Assembly: GCA_965249275.1 (NCBI GenBank)
Contig: CBDFLQ010000007.1
Coordinates: forward strand, 288,001 to 352,000
Length of the DNA: 64,000 nt
From: Dehalococcoidia bacterium
GTDB taxonomy: Bacteria; Chloroflexota; Dehalococcoidia; Plut-88900
Direction of reading: 5' to 3'
Shown here in pieces: positions 39,755-51,485 of the stretch. Under the pieces are notes generated by a model that searched no databases, was not told the DNA's origin, and saw only the letters and a list, made by a program, of their open reading frames with translations. A program made the position numbers and the translations under genes. Within the stretch, counting starts at the first letter, position 1. Every line of letters starts with the position of its first letter.

Positions 39755-40770
39755 GATATGATCACCCGTTCCGGTCCGTCTCCCCTCACCACCTCCCCAA
39801 TCTCCACCGACCCCGGTATCTCCTGCAAAAGCACAGGTGTGTTCTCAGTTGACGTGGTAACCACCAACCCGATTCCCATGTTGAACACGTTGTACATCTC
39901 GTCATCGGAGACCTGACCCGCATTCTGTATCAGCCTGAAGACCGGCGGCGCCGCCCATGTGGAGGCATCAATCTGCGCCGTAAGTCCCTTGGGCAAGGCT
40001 CTCGGCACGTTCTCCCGAAACCCGCCGCCCGTTATGTGTGCCATCCCTTTGATTCTGTCTATCAGTCCCCCCACCACCCCGAGATAGCACCGGTGAGGCT
40101 CCAGAAGCTCTTCTCCCAGAGTCCGCTCCAGCTCCGGATAGAATCGTTCCAACTCCGATGGATCGTCGTCCAACCCGAAGGCCTTCCTAACTAGCGAAAA
40201 TCCATTAGTGTGCAGCCCCGAGGAAGGAATCCCGATGATAGCGTCCCCTTCATTGATCGCCGAGCCGTCGATTATCTCGTCCTTCTCCACCACCCCCACT
40301 ATGAATCCGGCCAGATCAAACTCCTTGCCGACGTATACTCCCGGCATTTCCGCCGTCTCCCCGCCTATGAGGACGCAGGCTGATTCCCGGCACGCCTTCG
40401 CCAGTCCTTCGACTAGGGAATCGGCCGCGTCGGCATCCAATTTGCCCATCGCAATATAATCCAGGAAGAAGAGAGGTTTCGCCCCGCCGACCAGTATGTC
40501 GTTGATACAGTGGTTGACCAGGTCCTGGCCCACCGTGTCGTACCGCCCGAGCATCGCTGCGATTCGAACCTTCGTCCCGACTCCGTCGGCGCTTGAAACA
40601 AGCACCGGATCCCGGTATTTCTCTAGGTGGTACAGCCCGCCGAAAAAGCCGATGTCTCCAAGCACGCGAGAGTTGAAGGTAGTCCTGGCGTGTCGGGAAA
40701 TCCGCTCCGTGGCCCGGGACGCGGTCGTTAGGTCGACCCCTGCAGCCTGGTATTTGCTGTCGATAGTCAT
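39751..40770 (-). CDS. purM: AIR synthetase
   Basis: YQAAGVD, DGVGTK, GGETAEMPG, SSGLHTNG, HITGGG. Confidence 0.97.
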   Translation of the reverse strand: MTIDSKYQAAGVDLTTASRATERISRHARTTFNSRVLGDIGFFGGLYHLEKYRDPVLVSSADGVGTKVRIAAMLGRYDTVGQDLVNHCINDILVGGAKPLFFLDYIAMGKLDADAADSLVEGLAKACRESACVLIGGETAEMPGVYVGKEFDLAGFIVGVVEKDEIIDGSAINEGDAIIGIPSSGLHTNGFSLVRKAFGLDDDPSELERFYPELERTLGEELLEPHRCYLGVVGGLIDRIKGMAHITGGGFRENVPRALPKGLTAQIDASTWAAPPVFRLIQNAGQVSDDEMYNVFNMGIGLVVTTSTENTPVLLQEIPGSVEIGEVVRGDGPERVIIS

Positions 40771-40871
40771 GGGTAGGTCTCTGGCTTAGGCCGCGGGCAT
40801 GTCTCTCTAGTGGCGTACTGGAACAAGGACGCACCCTGGCGGATGCGTATCCGCAGGGTTCCGACGCTGGC

Positions 40872-42272
40872 TTATGGGCGGGTCTCCATCGCGAGCTTGT
40901 CCATCTCCAGCTGCACCGGTATGGGGTACTTTCCCGTGAAACAGGCTGTGCATACTTCGTTGTTGGGAATACTCACCGCCTCCACCAGGCCCTTGATGCT
41001 CAGGAAGCCCAGGGTGTCCGCTCCAATCAGCTGCCGGATCTCTTCAACAGTATTCTGAGCCGCCAGAAGCTCCCCGCGCGTCGCAAGATCGACACCGAAG
41101 AAGCACGGGTGTTGGATAGGCGGGGCGCATATCCTCATGTGTATTTCCTTGGCCCCGTTCTTCTTCAATAAATTCACCACGTGGGGTGTCGTCGTTCCCC
41201 GGACTATGCTGTCGTCCACCACTACTATCCTCTTACCCTCCAGCACCTCCGGCATCGCATTGAATTTGAGGCGTACCCCCAACTCCCGTATCCGCTGGTC
41301 CGGCTGGATGAACGTCCTGCCGACATACCGATTCTTAAGGAGCGCCTCTCCAAACGGGATCCCCGACTCCCTGGCGTATCCCATCCCCGCCGCCACTGCC
41401 GAATCAGGCACCCCGACCACCATATCCGCATCCACCGGGTACTCTTTGGCCAGCTGTGCTCCCATCCTCTGCCTTGCAGAATGGAGCAGCTTTCCCCCTA
41501 CTATGCTGTCGGGACGAGCGAAGTAGATGTGCTCGAAGATGCATAGAGAGTGCGTGTCCCGTTCCACAAGCTGGTGAGACGTCACACCCGTCTCATCGAT
41601 GATAACCGCCTCACCCGGTTCGATCTCCCGGATCACGTCCGACCCTATGTGGTCCAGCGCCGCACTCTCCGAGGCTATGACCCAACCGCCGTTCAGCTTG
41701 CCCAGCGACAGGGGCCGCACGCCCATCGGGTCCCGTATGCCGATCAGCTTGTCCTTGGTCATCAAGACCAGGCTGTAGGCGCCCTGGAAACGGTTCATGC
41801 AGTAGCGGATGCGCTCGGGCCACGTTGCTCCGGGAGCCTGGCCCATCCAATGAGCCATCACCTCGGTGTCGGAGCTTCCCTTGAACTCCACACCCCGCTC
41901 TTCCAGCTCTATCCTGAGCTCCTGGGCGTTGATAACGTTCCCGTTGTGCCCCATCGCTACTTCGCCCCAGGGACCGTTCACCAGCATGGGTTGGGCGTTG
42001 TCTATGCGGCTCGACCCCGAGGTCGAATATCGTGTGTGCCCGATGGCCAGGTGCCCGGTGAGTTTGCTCAGGGATTCTTCATCGAAAGCCTGGGCCACGA
42101 GACCCATGCGTGTGTGCACGGATATCCTGCCCCCATCAGACGCGGCAATGCCCGCGCTCTCCTGGCCTCTGTGTTGTAGCGCGAACAACCCGAAAAAGCT
42201 TATTCGGGATACATCCTCTCCGGGAGCGTAAATCCCGAAGAGCCCACACGCCTCTCTCGGCTTGTCATCCAT
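40872..42272 (-). CDS. purF: amidophosphoribosyltransferase
   Basis: EACGLFG, LQHRGQE, GHTRYST, VVDDSIVRGTT. Confidence 0.97.
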   Translation of the reverse strand: MDDKPREACGLFGIYAPGEDVSRISFFGLFALQHRGQESAGIAASDGGRISVHTRMGLVAQAFDEESLSKLTGHLAIGHTRYSTSGSSRIDNAQPMLVNGPWGEVAMGHNGNVINAQELRIELEERGVEFKGSSDTEVMAHWMGQAPGATWPERIRYCMNRFQGAYSLVLMTKDKLIGIRDPMGVRPLSLGKLNGGWVIASESAALDHIGSDVIREIEPGEAVIIDETGVTSHQLVERDTHSLCIFEHIYFARPDSIVGGKLLHSARQRMGAQLAKEYPVDADMVVGVPDSAVAAGMGYARESGIPFGEALLKNRYVGRTFIQPDQRIRELGVRLKFNAMPEVLEGKRIVVVDDSIVRGTTTPHVVNLLKKNGAKEIHMRICAPPIQHPCFFGVDLATRGELLAAQNTVEEIRQLIGADTLGFLSIKGLVEAVSIPNNEVCTACFTGKYPIPVQLEMDKLAMETRP

Positions 42273-42360
42273 CTGAACGCGTCACCGGACTGCGGTCATG
42301 AAGGTGATCGATAGGGCATCTCCCGCGAGCGTATCCGTGCCGGTCGGGACCCGTCCTCGG

Positions 42361-42389
42361 ATTATAGCCCCCACCCCTCCCACGGTCAA
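42361..42389 (-). promoter_or_regulatory. purF operon promoter
   Basis: TTGACC-N17-TATAAT. Confidence 0.65.
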
Positions 42390-42438
42390 CGACACCCTCC
42401 CCCGTTTCTCTCCTCCAAACAGCCGTCTCAGGGTAAGG

Positions 42439-43680
42439 TTAAGTAATCTTGTGGAAGCGAACGGGTTTATCCAGTTTTTTGTATTTCCCTTCTGCCACCA
42501 ATCGATACAGCCAGGCTCTAGCTTGAGTTTTGTTGACTTGGAGACATTCAGCTACATTCGATTCCCTTATAGGCATATCCATCGCTTCCAGAAGTTGTTT
42601 GACTTTAGCAAATAGGATATTCGCAGGAGACACTTCTTTTCCGTCATCCTGCTCTGAGTATAGAATTCCCAGCTTCTTTTGCTCCAGCCCGGGTAGGAGT
42701 TGCTGTGCTATCTCTTCCTTTTTCGGTGAAATAGATGTATCTTCGAATACAGCTCTAAACTCATGTGTGGTTTCAGGGTTAGGCCAGTCTCTTGCACCCT
42801 TTCGGCGTAGAGCTTTCAATCCGGAACTCATTTCGCCTTCGTTACGGGTGTGCACATATACCGGCACATGGTGCAATTTGGCTAGTTGCTCAACCGCACC
42901 CGACCATGTACCGCCTTTGCCATTGTTGGACTCCATAATCAGGCCCGCATCGGACAGAGCGTAAATCACCTTATTACGTTGCATAGCGTTTCCGACATTC
43001 CAGCCTGCCCTCGGGTCATACTGAGAAATCAACACCAGTTGCCCGTCCATCAACATCTCTCGGTTTTCATGGTTAAGCGCGGCTTTCTCCAGACCTTCGG
43101 CCAGCACTCCCACCGCTGTTCCTCCCCGCATTAATGCTCCATTCATCGCGGCCCGGTCTACGCCCCTCGCGGCCCCAGAAATGATAGTGCAGCCCGATTC
43201 AACTGCAAGGTTGCCGATCTTTGCCGTATGTTCCAGCAATTCATCGTTCGCATTGCGTGATCCAACAACCGCCAAACCACCATTTCCCAGTAAAGACGCG
43301 TCACCACAGCCGTATAACACAGGTGGTGCATTGCTTGAAAGCCTAGTCTTGAGGCGCGGCGGGTATTCGGCATCTGCCCTGCAAACTACCCAGATGCCCC
43401 TGGTTTGCCAGCGCTCTATTGCCTGGCTGAGGAGAAAACCGCGCTTCAGCAGTTGGTCGATCCACCGCAGGTCGAATGAAGTCTGGCATGCACGCAATAT
43501 TTCGTCTCTTTCAGTTCCCAGCAAATCGGCGGGTTCACGTTGGCCTTCATGGAGATACCCGGCGAGTTTGTTGTACTGTGTCGGTGTCAAAGGTCTTTCC
43601 ACACCTCTTTTTTTCCCAACAATCAGAGGTGCAGTCAGTAATAGAATTGCTTTTGCGTTGTCCGAAAGCTCAGTAGACAT
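42439..43680 (-). CDS. DprA/Smf-like DNA-processing protein with C-terminal HTH
   Basis: [45 protein letters not shown]. Confidence 0.88.
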   Translation of the reverse strand: MSTELSDNAKAILLLTAPLIVGKKRGVERPLTPTQYNKLAGYLHEGQREPADLLGTERDEILRACQTSFDLRWIDQLLKRGFLLSQAIERWQTRGIWVVCRADAEYPPRLKTRLSSNAPPVLYGCGDASLLGNGGLAVVGSRNANDELLEHTAKIGNLAVESGCTIISGAARGVDRAAMNGALMRGGTAVGVLAEGLEKAALNHENREMLMDGQLVLISQYDPRAGWNVGNAMQRNKVIYALSDAGLIMESNNGKGGTWSGAVEQLAKLHHVPVYVHTRNEGEMSSGLKALRRKGARDWPNPETTHEFRAVFEDTSISPKKEEIAQQLLPGLEQKKLGILYSEQDDGKEVSPANILFAKVKQLLEAMDMPIRESNVAECLQVNKTQARAWLYRLVAEGKYKKLDKPVRFHKIT

Positions 43681-43685
43681 GCACT

Positions 43686-45734
43686 TTATCCCGTCCCTGC
43701 ATCAGCGAGGGCGAATGGAAATACCGCCGCGCAACCGTTAACTCGCAACAGAGATGAAGCAACGGCGAATGTCCAGCGAGAGTCCACCATATCATCCACC
43801 AGAAGGACCGGCTCACATATCAAGTTTGTTTCCACAAGGGCAAGAGACCCTTCCACGTTACGCCATTGCTGAACGCTGTTGGTCATCTCCTTCTGCGCCC
43901 GGCGTGTCTTGGTTTTGGTCAGAGCAGCGCGAAATGGCAACCCCAACCTACCGGCCAGCCTCCGCGCAAAGTCTGGGACTAAATCGGAATGCCGCTGCGA
44001 GGGAATGCAGGTTACCCAAGTCGGTGTGGGCTGTGGCCTCCATTTCTGTATCAGTCGGGTGGAAGCCTCCACCAACTCATCAGAAAAGCGACCATGCTTG
44101 TATTTGCCATCACGCACTATATCGCCCCATCCTGGGTCGCCCCAGTAGCAAAGCGTCCGCCCAATTTCCGCCCTTTGCTCTTCCTGGATTGATTTGCGTG
44201 GATAAGCCCACTGTTTACGCGGCTCAATACAGACATTGCTGTGACGCAGGAATTCTATGGCCATCAACACCATTTCCCGGTCTGTGGTAACCGGCAGAGG
44301 CGGTAAGTCCGGCGTCCGAACTCCTTCCGCATTGCCGTCCAAGGCGCTTATGAGAAATTCCATATGGCCCGAATCTAATGCCAGATACTCTTTCATCTGG
44401 GCTTGTTCTTTATGTCGGAGAGAAGTTAACCGTTTGACCCGTTCCCAGAATGCGTTACTCAATCTAACTGGTGTTAATTGCCATTTGCTACCCTGTTTGA
44501 CAATGGGAGCAGGCGATTCCAGAGCCAATACTTTGATGGCCTGAGAAAGTCGTCCAGGCCTGATGTTCACTTGCGCCAAGATTTGGGGTTCGGAAAGGCC
44601 TTGGGTGACCCCACTCAGTGTCTCAATTATCAGTTCGACTTCTTCTTTGGTCGGGAAAGCATTATTGATGAAATAGTCGGTAATATCGTTATCTTCTTCG
44701 CCGCTCAACAACACGCCATACGCGGCATCCACGCCACGTCCCGCACGTCCAACCTGCTGGTAATATGCCACTACTGAACCGGGCATTTGGTAATGAATCA
44801 CAAAGGTCAAGTCCGGCTTGTCGTAACCCATGCCCAGTGCTACCGTCGCCACAAGTGCTTTGACACGGTTCTCCAACAAAGCGTGTTCCAGTTCTTCTCT
44901 GTTGCCAGAATCTGAGGTATACGCCTCAACATTCAGCTCTCGCGATTGTAGCCAATGGGCTATTTGGCCCGCATCGCGTTTAGTCAATGTGTATATTATT
45001 CCGGACCCAGGAATCTCTTTCAGCCGCTCGGCAAGCCACGCTAGCCGTTCCGCTCGACTTGGCATTTGGATGGTTTGCAGTAATAGAGACGGACGGTTCA
45101 GATCACCGCGCGTAATTAGGATGTTGGGACCAAGCACTTCTTGCAGGTCACCCACTACCCTGTTATTCGCTGTGGCAGTAGTGCCGAGCACTTGGACATT
45201 TGGTGGCAGAGATTGGACTATTCTTTCAATGCGTCGGTAGTCGGGACGAAAATCGTGGCCCCAGTCGGAGATGCAGTGCGCCTCGTCAATAACCAGCATT
45301 ACAACTTGACCAGCCATACCTGGAAGGAAGTTTTCGCGGAAATCATCATTCGCAAGGCGTTCCGGCGAGATTAGCAATATGTCTATTTCATCCCTGCTTG
45401 CCTGCGTTTTTACATCGTCCCAATCTGCGATGTTATTGGAGTTGATGGTAGCCGCCCGCACGCTCATCCGTTCCGCGGCCGCAATCTGGTTTCGCATCAG
45501 GGCCAGCAACGGGGAAATAAGCAATGCTGGGCCTCCTCCGCCTTCCCGCAACAGTTTGGTCGCGATGAAATACACGAAGCTTTTTCCCCACCCTGTCCTC
45601 TGGACGACCAGTAGCTTGCCACGTCCTTCCACAACATGGCGGATGGCTTCTTCTTGGCCTTCTCGGAACTGTGCGTCAGGGATACCGGATCCTATACGCA
45701 GTAGTTCGAGCGCCCGCTTCTCATCGTAACGCAT
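43686..45734 (-). CDS. RecQ-family helicase fused to a C-terminal PRTase/ComF-like domain
   Basis: [47 protein letters not shown]. Confidence 0.9.
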   Translation of the reverse strand: MRYDEKRALELLRIGSGIPDAQFREGQEEAIRHVVEGRGKLLVVQRTGWGKSFVYFIATKLLREGGGGPALLISPLLALMRNQIAAAERMSVRAATINSNNIADWDDVKTQASRDEIDILLISPERLANDDFRENFLPGMAGQVVMLVIDEAHCISDWGHDFRPDYRRIERIVQSLPPNVQVLGTTATANNRVVGDLQEVLGPNILITRGDLNRPSLLLQTIQMPSRAERLAWLAERLKEIPGSGIIYTLTKRDAGQIAHWLQSRELNVEAYTSDSGNREELEHALLENRVKALVATVALGMGYDKPDLTFVIHYQMPGSVVAYYQQVGRAGRGVDAAYGVLLSGEEDNDITDYFINNAFPTKEEVELIIETLSGVTQGLSEPQILAQVNIRPGRLSQAIKVLALESPAPIVKQGSKWQLTPVRLSNAFWERVKRLTSLRHKEQAQMKEYLALDSGHMEFLISALDGNAEGVRTPDLPPLPVTTDREMVLMAIEFLRHSNVCIEPRKQWAYPRKSIQEEQRAEIGRTLCYWGDPGWGDIVRDGKYKHGRFSDELVEASTRLIQKWRPQPTPTWVTCIPSQRHSDLVPDFARRLAGRLGLPFRAALTKTKTRRAQKEMTNSVQQWRNVEGSLALVETNLICEPVLLVDDMVDSRWTFAVASSLLRVNGCAAVFPFALADAGTG

Positions 45735-45979
45735 TTCGCAACCGTGCGAGGTAAAAGCCTACTTTCTCACCATACATTCCCATTTCTTCTCCGAAACCCC
45801 GACTGACACCCTTGCTTTCACCCTATTGTAGCCCAATGGCCCGACCCCTCCAACCGGCCCTGTATCCGTCATTCCCGCCCTCCTACCCTTCCCCACCTAT
45901 CCCCCCAGGTGCTATCATTTTCCCGTAACCTCGACCCCTCTTTGACAAGCCTTTTACCCGTTCCCGACTGCTGATTTTG

Positions 45980-47041
45980 ATGAACTACGCCCAAGTCCGC
46001 GCCTATCTCGAAGAACGCGAGGAGTTCCTCTCGCCCTTTGCCGTCAAGTCCCGGCTCTCCCGAGGCCGCAAGGTCGAAGAGGAACCCAGCCCCCTGCGCA
46101 CCGACTTCCAGCGCGACCGCGACCGAATCATTCATACCAAGTCCTTCCGTCGGCTTAAGCACAAGACCCAGGTGTTCATCTCCCCCCTCGGCGATCACTA
46201 TGTCACCCGCCTCACCCACACCCTGGAGGTCTCCCAGATAGGCCGAACCATTGCCCGAGCCTTGAACCTCAACGAAGACCTCGTGGAGGCCATGTGCCTT
46301 GGCCACGACCTCGGCCACGCACCCTTCGGCCACATCGGCGAAGATGTACTCGCATCCCTCTACCCCGGCGGCTTCCGGCACAGCCATCAGAGCCTCCGGG
46401 TCGTGGATAGGCTGGAGGGCAACGGCAAGGGCCTCAATCTCACCTGGGAGGTGCGTCAGGGCATCGTTTCCCACTCCAAGTCGAGCCTCGGAATCATGGG
46501 CGAAGGGTGGAAGAACCCGCCGACCCTCGAGGCCCAGGTCTGCAAGATCTCCGACGCCCTCGCTTATCTCAACCACGACACCGACGACGCCATCCGCTCC
46601 GGCCTGATCACCGATTCTGACCTCCCTCCCGGCGCCGTAGCCGTCCTCGGGGCCAACTCCTCCCAGCGCGTCAACACCCTCGTCTCCGATGTAGTCGAAC
46701 ATTCCTGGGCTGCCTCCGGCCGGGTCCCTCTACCCGATGGCGAGACCCCGTCAATCAAGATCGGCGACCGGGTCAAAGAGGCATCTAACCTGCTCCGGGA
46801 CTTCCTTTTCGAAAGGGTCTATATGGTCAGTGGCGCAAGCCCCGAAGCCACCGAAGCCCGCGCCGCCGTCAAAGCCTTGTATAATCATTATGTCGAGAAT
46901 CATGAGGACATTCCCATTGAATATCGCCTCCCGGAAGACTCCACTGAGAGGTGGGCCTTGGATTACATCGCCGGCATGACCGACCGCTACGGACTAAGGA
47001 AAGCCCGAGAACTGGGCCTCGTCTCCCAGCCCGTGGGATAG
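45980..47041 (+). CDS. dgt: dGTP triphosphohydrolase-like protein
   Basis: FQRDRDRI, RLTHTLEV, GHDLGHAPFGH, DYIAGMTD. Confidence 0.93.
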   Translation: MNYAQVRAYLEEREEFLSPFAVKSRLSRGRKVEEEPSPLRTDFQRDRDRIIHTKSFRRLKHKTQVFISPLGDHYVTRLTHTLEVSQIGRTIARALNLNEDLVEAMCLGHDLGHAPFGHIGEDVLASLYPGGFRHSHQSLRVVDRLEGNGKGLNLTWEVRQGIVSHSKSSLGIMGEGWKNPPTLEAQVCKISDALAYLNHDTDDAIRSGLITDSDLPPGAVAVLGANSSQRVNTLVSDVVEHSWAASGRVPLPDGETPSIKIGDRVKEASNLLRDFLFERVYMVSGASPEATEARAAVKALYNHYVENHEDIPIEYRLPEDSTERWALDYIAGMTDRYGLRKARELGLVSQPVG

Positions 47042-47061
47042 GAATTGAGGAAATCCGCCAC

Positions 47062-48876
47062 TTGAGCAGCGCATCCATAGAAGAAGTTAGAAGCAGACTG
47101 GATATCGTCGACGTGGTGTCCCAGTCTGTGCCCCTGAAGAAGGCCGGGCGCAACTTCAAGGCCCCGTGCCCCTTCCACAACGAAAAGACGCCCTCGTTCG
47201 TCGTGAACCCTGAGCGTCAGACTTGGCACTGCTTTGGCGCCTGTGGCACCGGCGGCGACGCCTTCTCCTTCGTAATGAAACGGGAAGGGTTGGAATTCGG
47301 CGAGGCCCTTCGCACCCTCGCCGAAAAAGTTGGCGTCACCCTGGAGACCCGCGACAAGAAGGCCGAAAGCAAGACCTCCCGGCTTCTGGAAGCCAATAAG
47401 GCCGCCGCCGCCTTTTTCCACCACCAGCTTCTCACCGACCCCGCTGCCACCGAGGCCCGCAAATACGTTCAACAGCGCGGCCTCTCCAGCGAAATAGTCA
47501 CCGCCTTCCAGCTAGGCTACTGCCCTCCCGCCTCCGGTGCCCTCTTCAAGAACCTCTCCCAACACGGTTTCAGCCGAGATGAGTGCGCCGATGCAGGCCT
47601 CGGCACCCGCAACGAGGCCGGTGAGGTCCGCGATATTTTCCGCGGCCGTCTGATGTTCCCCATCCGTGACCCCCGTGGCCGGGTTATCGGGTTCGGCGGC
47701 AGGGCCATGTCCGACTCGGGGCCCAAGTACATCAACTCGCCCCAGACCCCCATATTCGACAAGAGCGGCACCCTCTACGGCGCGGACAGGGCCCGGGAGG
47801 CCGCCCGGCAGCTTAAGAGAGCCGTCGTAGTCGAGGGCTACATGGACGTCATCACCGCTCACCAGTTCGGCTTCGAAAACGTCGTCGCCTCCATGGGCAC
47901 CTCTCTCACCGAGAAGCAGGTCGAGGTGCTGAAACGCCTCTGCAGCCGTATATCCCTAGCCCTGGACGCCGACACCGCAGGCCAGGAGGCTACCCTCCGC
48001 AGCCTCAAGTCCTCCTGGCAGTCCTTCTACCGCAGTGTTCACCCTCTCCAGGGCAGCAAGCGGCAGCGTTTCCTCGAAGGCCCACCCGACCAGACTGTCG
48101 ATATCGTCATGATGCCTGAGGGCGAAGACCCGGACAGCATCATCCGCAAAGACCGAGACGGCTGGGTTTCCCTTCTAGACTCCCCCAAACCCCTGATCGA
48201 CTATCTAATGGAGATGGAAGTAGGCAGGGCCAACCTCGATGCACCCGGCGCCCGCACCTCCCTCCTCGAAGAGTTCCGAGGCCTCCTAGTCACCACCGAT
48301 TTCCTGGACCAGGAAGTCTACATCCGCAAGCTGGCCCGGCTTATGGACGTCAGCGAGGAAACCGTCAAGACCGCTATCAACGCCCCTGCCAACAACAGCG
48401 TGCGCCAGCCCCGTGCCCCGACCCCCCGGTCCCGTACCCGTCCACAGCCCACCCCTACCCCCCGTCGTGGCGACAAGCTCGAAGAGTATGTCCTGTCCAT
48501 TCTGCTCCGGAACCCCTCTCTCATTTCGAATATGGAAGACGCCGACCCCGAATGGTTCGTAGACCTTGCTAATCGGGAGATTTTTAAACGGTTGGCTGCG
48601 GGACATCGATTCGAAGACTTGGCCGACTCGATCCCCGATGAGTTCGCTGAGCCCCTGGCCCGGATTAGGAATACTCACGTTCCCGCAGATTCGGATGAGC
48701 TGCTGACCAGGGGGCTGAAGGAGGGGAGCACCCGGCTGGAGGTTCGTCATCTCAAGAGGCTGAAGCTCGAGGAGAAGAGCCTGCTTGAAGACCAGGACTC
48801 GTTGCAGGGCATGGCTGATACGATCGACCAGCGCAAGCTTAGTACGAACAAAGAGCTAAAGAGAGTGTATAGCTAG
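47062..48876 (+). CDS. dnaG: DNA primase
   Basis: CPFHNEKTPSF zinc finger, KYINSP, VEGYMD, LDADTAG. Confidence 0.97.
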   Translation: MSSASIEEVRSRLDIVDVVSQSVPLKKAGRNFKAPCPFHNEKTPSFVVNPERQTWHCFGACGTGGDAFSFVMKREGLEFGEALRTLAEKVGVTLETRDKKAESKTSRLLEANKAAAAFFHHQLLTDPAATEARKYVQQRGLSSEIVTAFQLGYCPPASGALFKNLSQHGFSRDECADAGLGTRNEAGEVRDIFRGRLMFPIRDPRGRVIGFGGRAMSDSGPKYINSPQTPIFDKSGTLYGADRAREAARQLKRAVVVEGYMDVITAHQFGFENVVASMGTSLTEKQVEVLKRLCSRISLALDADTAGQEATLRSLKSSWQSFYRSVHPLQGSKRQRFLEGPPDQTVDIVMMPEGEDPDSIIRKDRDGWVSLLDSPKPLIDYLMEMEVGRANLDAPGARTSLLEEFRGLLVTTDFLDQEVYIRKLARLMDVSEETVKTAINAPANNSVRQPRAPTPRSRTRPQPTPTPRRGDKLEEYVLSILLRNPSLISNMEDADPEWFVDLANREIFKRLAAGHRFEDLADSIPDEFAEPLARIRNTHVPADSDELLTRGLKEGSTRLEVRHLKRLKLEEKSLLEDQDSLQGMADTIDQRKLSTNKELKRVYS

Positions 48877-48924
48877 GGACAGCGCGCTAAGTGTGTATAA
48901 TATATCCATGCACACGGATACAGC

Positions 48925-50454
48925 ATGAACCGAAATCTTAACCCCCACACCATAGCGGAAGAAGAGGACCGTGACTCCGATCAGGAGTCCCAGGTTAAGC
49001 CCGCTATCGAGCCCAGCCCTAATGGCGGCGAGACCGACTACCGAAAGGTCATAGGCGCCGCCATCGCCAACAGAAGTGTCCTGGACCTCATCTCCCCAGA
49101 CAGGCCCCACCACTCCGAAGGCCCTACCAAGGTCGAGAAGGTCTTGGCTGCCGCCGAAGACACTATCGAACAGGAGATGGTGGATGATCCCGTTCGCATG
49201 TACCTGCGGGAGATCGGACGTGTCCGCCTCCTTAGCGCCCGGGACGAGCGCATCCTGGCCCGCAGGATGGAGGGTGGCAAGCTCATCTCCACCATTGAGG
49301 ATAGACTCACGGAGAGGCAGGGTGCCGAGCCCTCGCCCGCTGAGCTCGTGGCCTACATGCTGGAGCACCTCGGCTCCTGTGCCCCTACCATCGAGAAAAT
49401 GGCCTACGACTTCGGCCTGACACCTCCTCTCACCCTCGCTCAGCTCACTTCTCACCCCATCCTCCGAAACTCGATCAAGGCCGAGATAGACCCCGCCGTA
49501 TCCACCCCCATTGGCGAAGCCGAGGGCAGGCCCCCCGAGGATGTCGTCCATGACCTACTCAACGCTTCCGTGGAAGCCCGCATACTCCCCGAGTCTGCCC
49601 TCGACGCTGTGGGTATAGACACCCCCCTCGTCGAAATTGACAACTGCCTGCAATCACCGGAGACCGCTAACGCTCTGGCAGCATTGAATGGCCACCTACG
49701 CCGGGACTTGGAAGTCCTGAAGGCAGAAGGCGGCAGGGCCCAGCGCCACCTCACCGAGGCCAACCTTCGCCTCGTAGTCAGCGTTGCCAAGAAGTACATC
49801 GGTCGCGGCATGTCCCTCCTGGACCTCATTCAGGAAGGGAACATCGGCCTGATCAGGGCAGTCGAGAAGTTCGACTATCGGAAGGGCTACAAGTTCAGCA
49901 CCTATGCCACCTGGTGGATTCGCCAGGCCATAACCAGGGCCATTGCCGACCAGGCCCGCACCATCCGCATCCCTGTCCACATGGTCGAGACCATTAACAA
50001 GCTCCTCAGGATGAGCCGACGCCTCGTGCAGGAATATGGCCGGGAGCCGACCAGCGAAGAGATCAGCCAGAGTATGGAGATCACCCCCGAGAAAGTCCGG
50101 GACATCATCAAGATTTCCCAGGAACCCGTCTCCCTCGAGACCCCCGTCGGCGAAGAAGATGACAGCCACCTCGGCGACTTCATCGAGGACCGGTCCACTG
50201 TCGCCCCCGCAGACGCCGCTTCTCATCAGCTCCTCAAGGAGCAGGTTAACGAGGTCCTCGAGACCCTCAACGGCAGGGAGAAGAAAGTGCTCCAGCTTCG
50301 TTTCGGGCTGGAGGATGGTCGCAGCAGGACACTGGAAGAGGTGGGCCGGGAGTTCGGGGTTACCCGAGAGCGTATCCGCCAGATCGAGGCCAAAGCCCTC
50401 CGAAAGCTCCGCCACCCGACTCGCAGCAAGAAGCTGAGGGATTTCCTCGAATAG
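48925..50454 (+). CDS. rpoD: primary sigma70 factor
   Basis: [39 protein letters not shown]. Confidence 0.97.
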   Translation: MNRNLNPHTIAEEEDRDSDQESQVKPAIEPSPNGGETDYRKVIGAAIANRSVLDLISPDRPHHSEGPTKVEKVLAAAEDTIEQEMVDDPVRMYLREIGRVRLLSARDERILARRMEGGKLISTIEDRLTERQGAEPSPAELVAYMLEHLGSCAPTIEKMAYDFGLTPPLTLAQLTSHPILRNSIKAEIDPAVSTPIGEAEGRPPEDVVHDLLNASVEARILPESALDAVGIDTPLVEIDNCLQSPETANALAALNGHLRRDLEVLKAEGGRAQRHLTEANLRLVVSVAKKYIGRGMSLLDLIQEGNIGLIRAVEKFDYRKGYKFSTYATWWIRQAITRAIADQARTIRIPVHMVETINKLLRMSRRLVQEYGREPTSEEISQSMEITPEKVRDIIKISQEPVSLETPVGEEDDSHLGDFIEDRSTVAPADAASHQLLKEQVNEVLETLNGREKKVLQLRFGLEDGRSRTLEEVGREFGVTRERIRQIEAKALRKLRHPTRSKKLRDFLE

Positions 50455-50573
50455 AGTGCCCAACGCCTCTCGATTCGCCTTGCCAACAACCTGCCCGCCC
50501 CTCACGAGCACAGAGCACCCCCCCTTTTTCATCGCGCCTTGGGCTGTCCTAGCCTGAGCCAGGTGACCCAACC

Positions 50574-51479
50574 TTGAAGGCCCTCAGAAATGCCCCCAAC
50601 CCCATACTATTAGTCCCTACTTTGGTGGTCCGCACCATCAAGGAACTTGGCGACGACGATGCCACTCACATGGCCGCCGGTGTCGCCTACTACGCCCTCT
50701 TCTCCCTCTTTCCCCTCCTCCTCGGCCTGATAGCCATCATCGGCCTGGCCGCCGACTCCAACACCGTTCGCTCCGAGATACTGGAGTGGGCGGCAGACAA
50801 CCTCCCGGGCACCGGCGACTTCATCTCCGACAACGTGATCGCCTCCGCTGAGGCATCCGGCTCCCTGGGAGCAATATCGATAATAGGCCTGATATGGTCG
50901 GGCAGCGCCATTTTTGGCGCTATTACCAAGGTGGTGAACCGGGCCTGGGACATCCAGCAAGATAGGCCCTTCATAAAGGGCAAGATAATGCAGCTCTCCA
51001 TGGCCATGAGTGTGGGTGTTCTCTTCGCCCTCGCCTTGACTAGCGCCTCCCTAGCCCAGACCGCCGAGCGCTACGCCCACACCGACATGCCCATCCTCGG
51101 TCAGGCCGATGAGGTCTCGGGGATTCTGCTTTTCCGCACCCTCTCTTTCGTATTCAACCTCGCAATCTTCCTGAGCCTATACAAAGTCCTGCCCAACACC
51201 CAGACCCACTGGCGCTACATCTGGCCCGGCGCCCTTGTCGCAGCCCTCCTGTTCGAAGGTTCGAAATTCCTCTTCGTCCTCTACCTGGACAACTTTGCCA
51301 CCTTCAGTGCAGTCTATGGCTCCATCGGCTCCGTGATAGCCCTTCTCCTCTGGGCCTACGTCAGCGCCTTCATCCTGATCCTCGGGGCAGAGATGAGCTC
51401 CGAGTTCGGGCGTATGATAAGGGGCATCGACAGAGGCAAACCAATAGTGAAACGCTCCAGCCAGGGGCCCTTCTTCTAA
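50574..51479 (+). CDS. YihY/BrkB family membrane protein
   Basis: AAGVAYYALFSLFP, YGSIGSVIALLLW, GAE. Confidence 0.9.
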   Translation: MKALRNAPNPILLVPTLVVRTIKELGDDDATHMAAGVAYYALFSLFPLLLGLIAIIGLAADSNTVRSEILEWAADNLPGTGDFISDNVIASAEASGSLGAISIIGLIWSGSAIFGAITKVVNRAWDIQQDRPFIKGKIMQLSMAMSVGVLFALALTSASLAQTAERYAHTDMPILGQADEVSGILLFRTLSFVFNLAIFLSLYKVLPNTQTHWRYIWPGALVAALLFEGSKFLFVLYLDNFATFSAVYGSIGSVIALLLWAYVSAFILILGAEMSSEFGRMIRGIDRGKPIVKRSSQGPFF

Positions 51480-51485
51480 TACACA

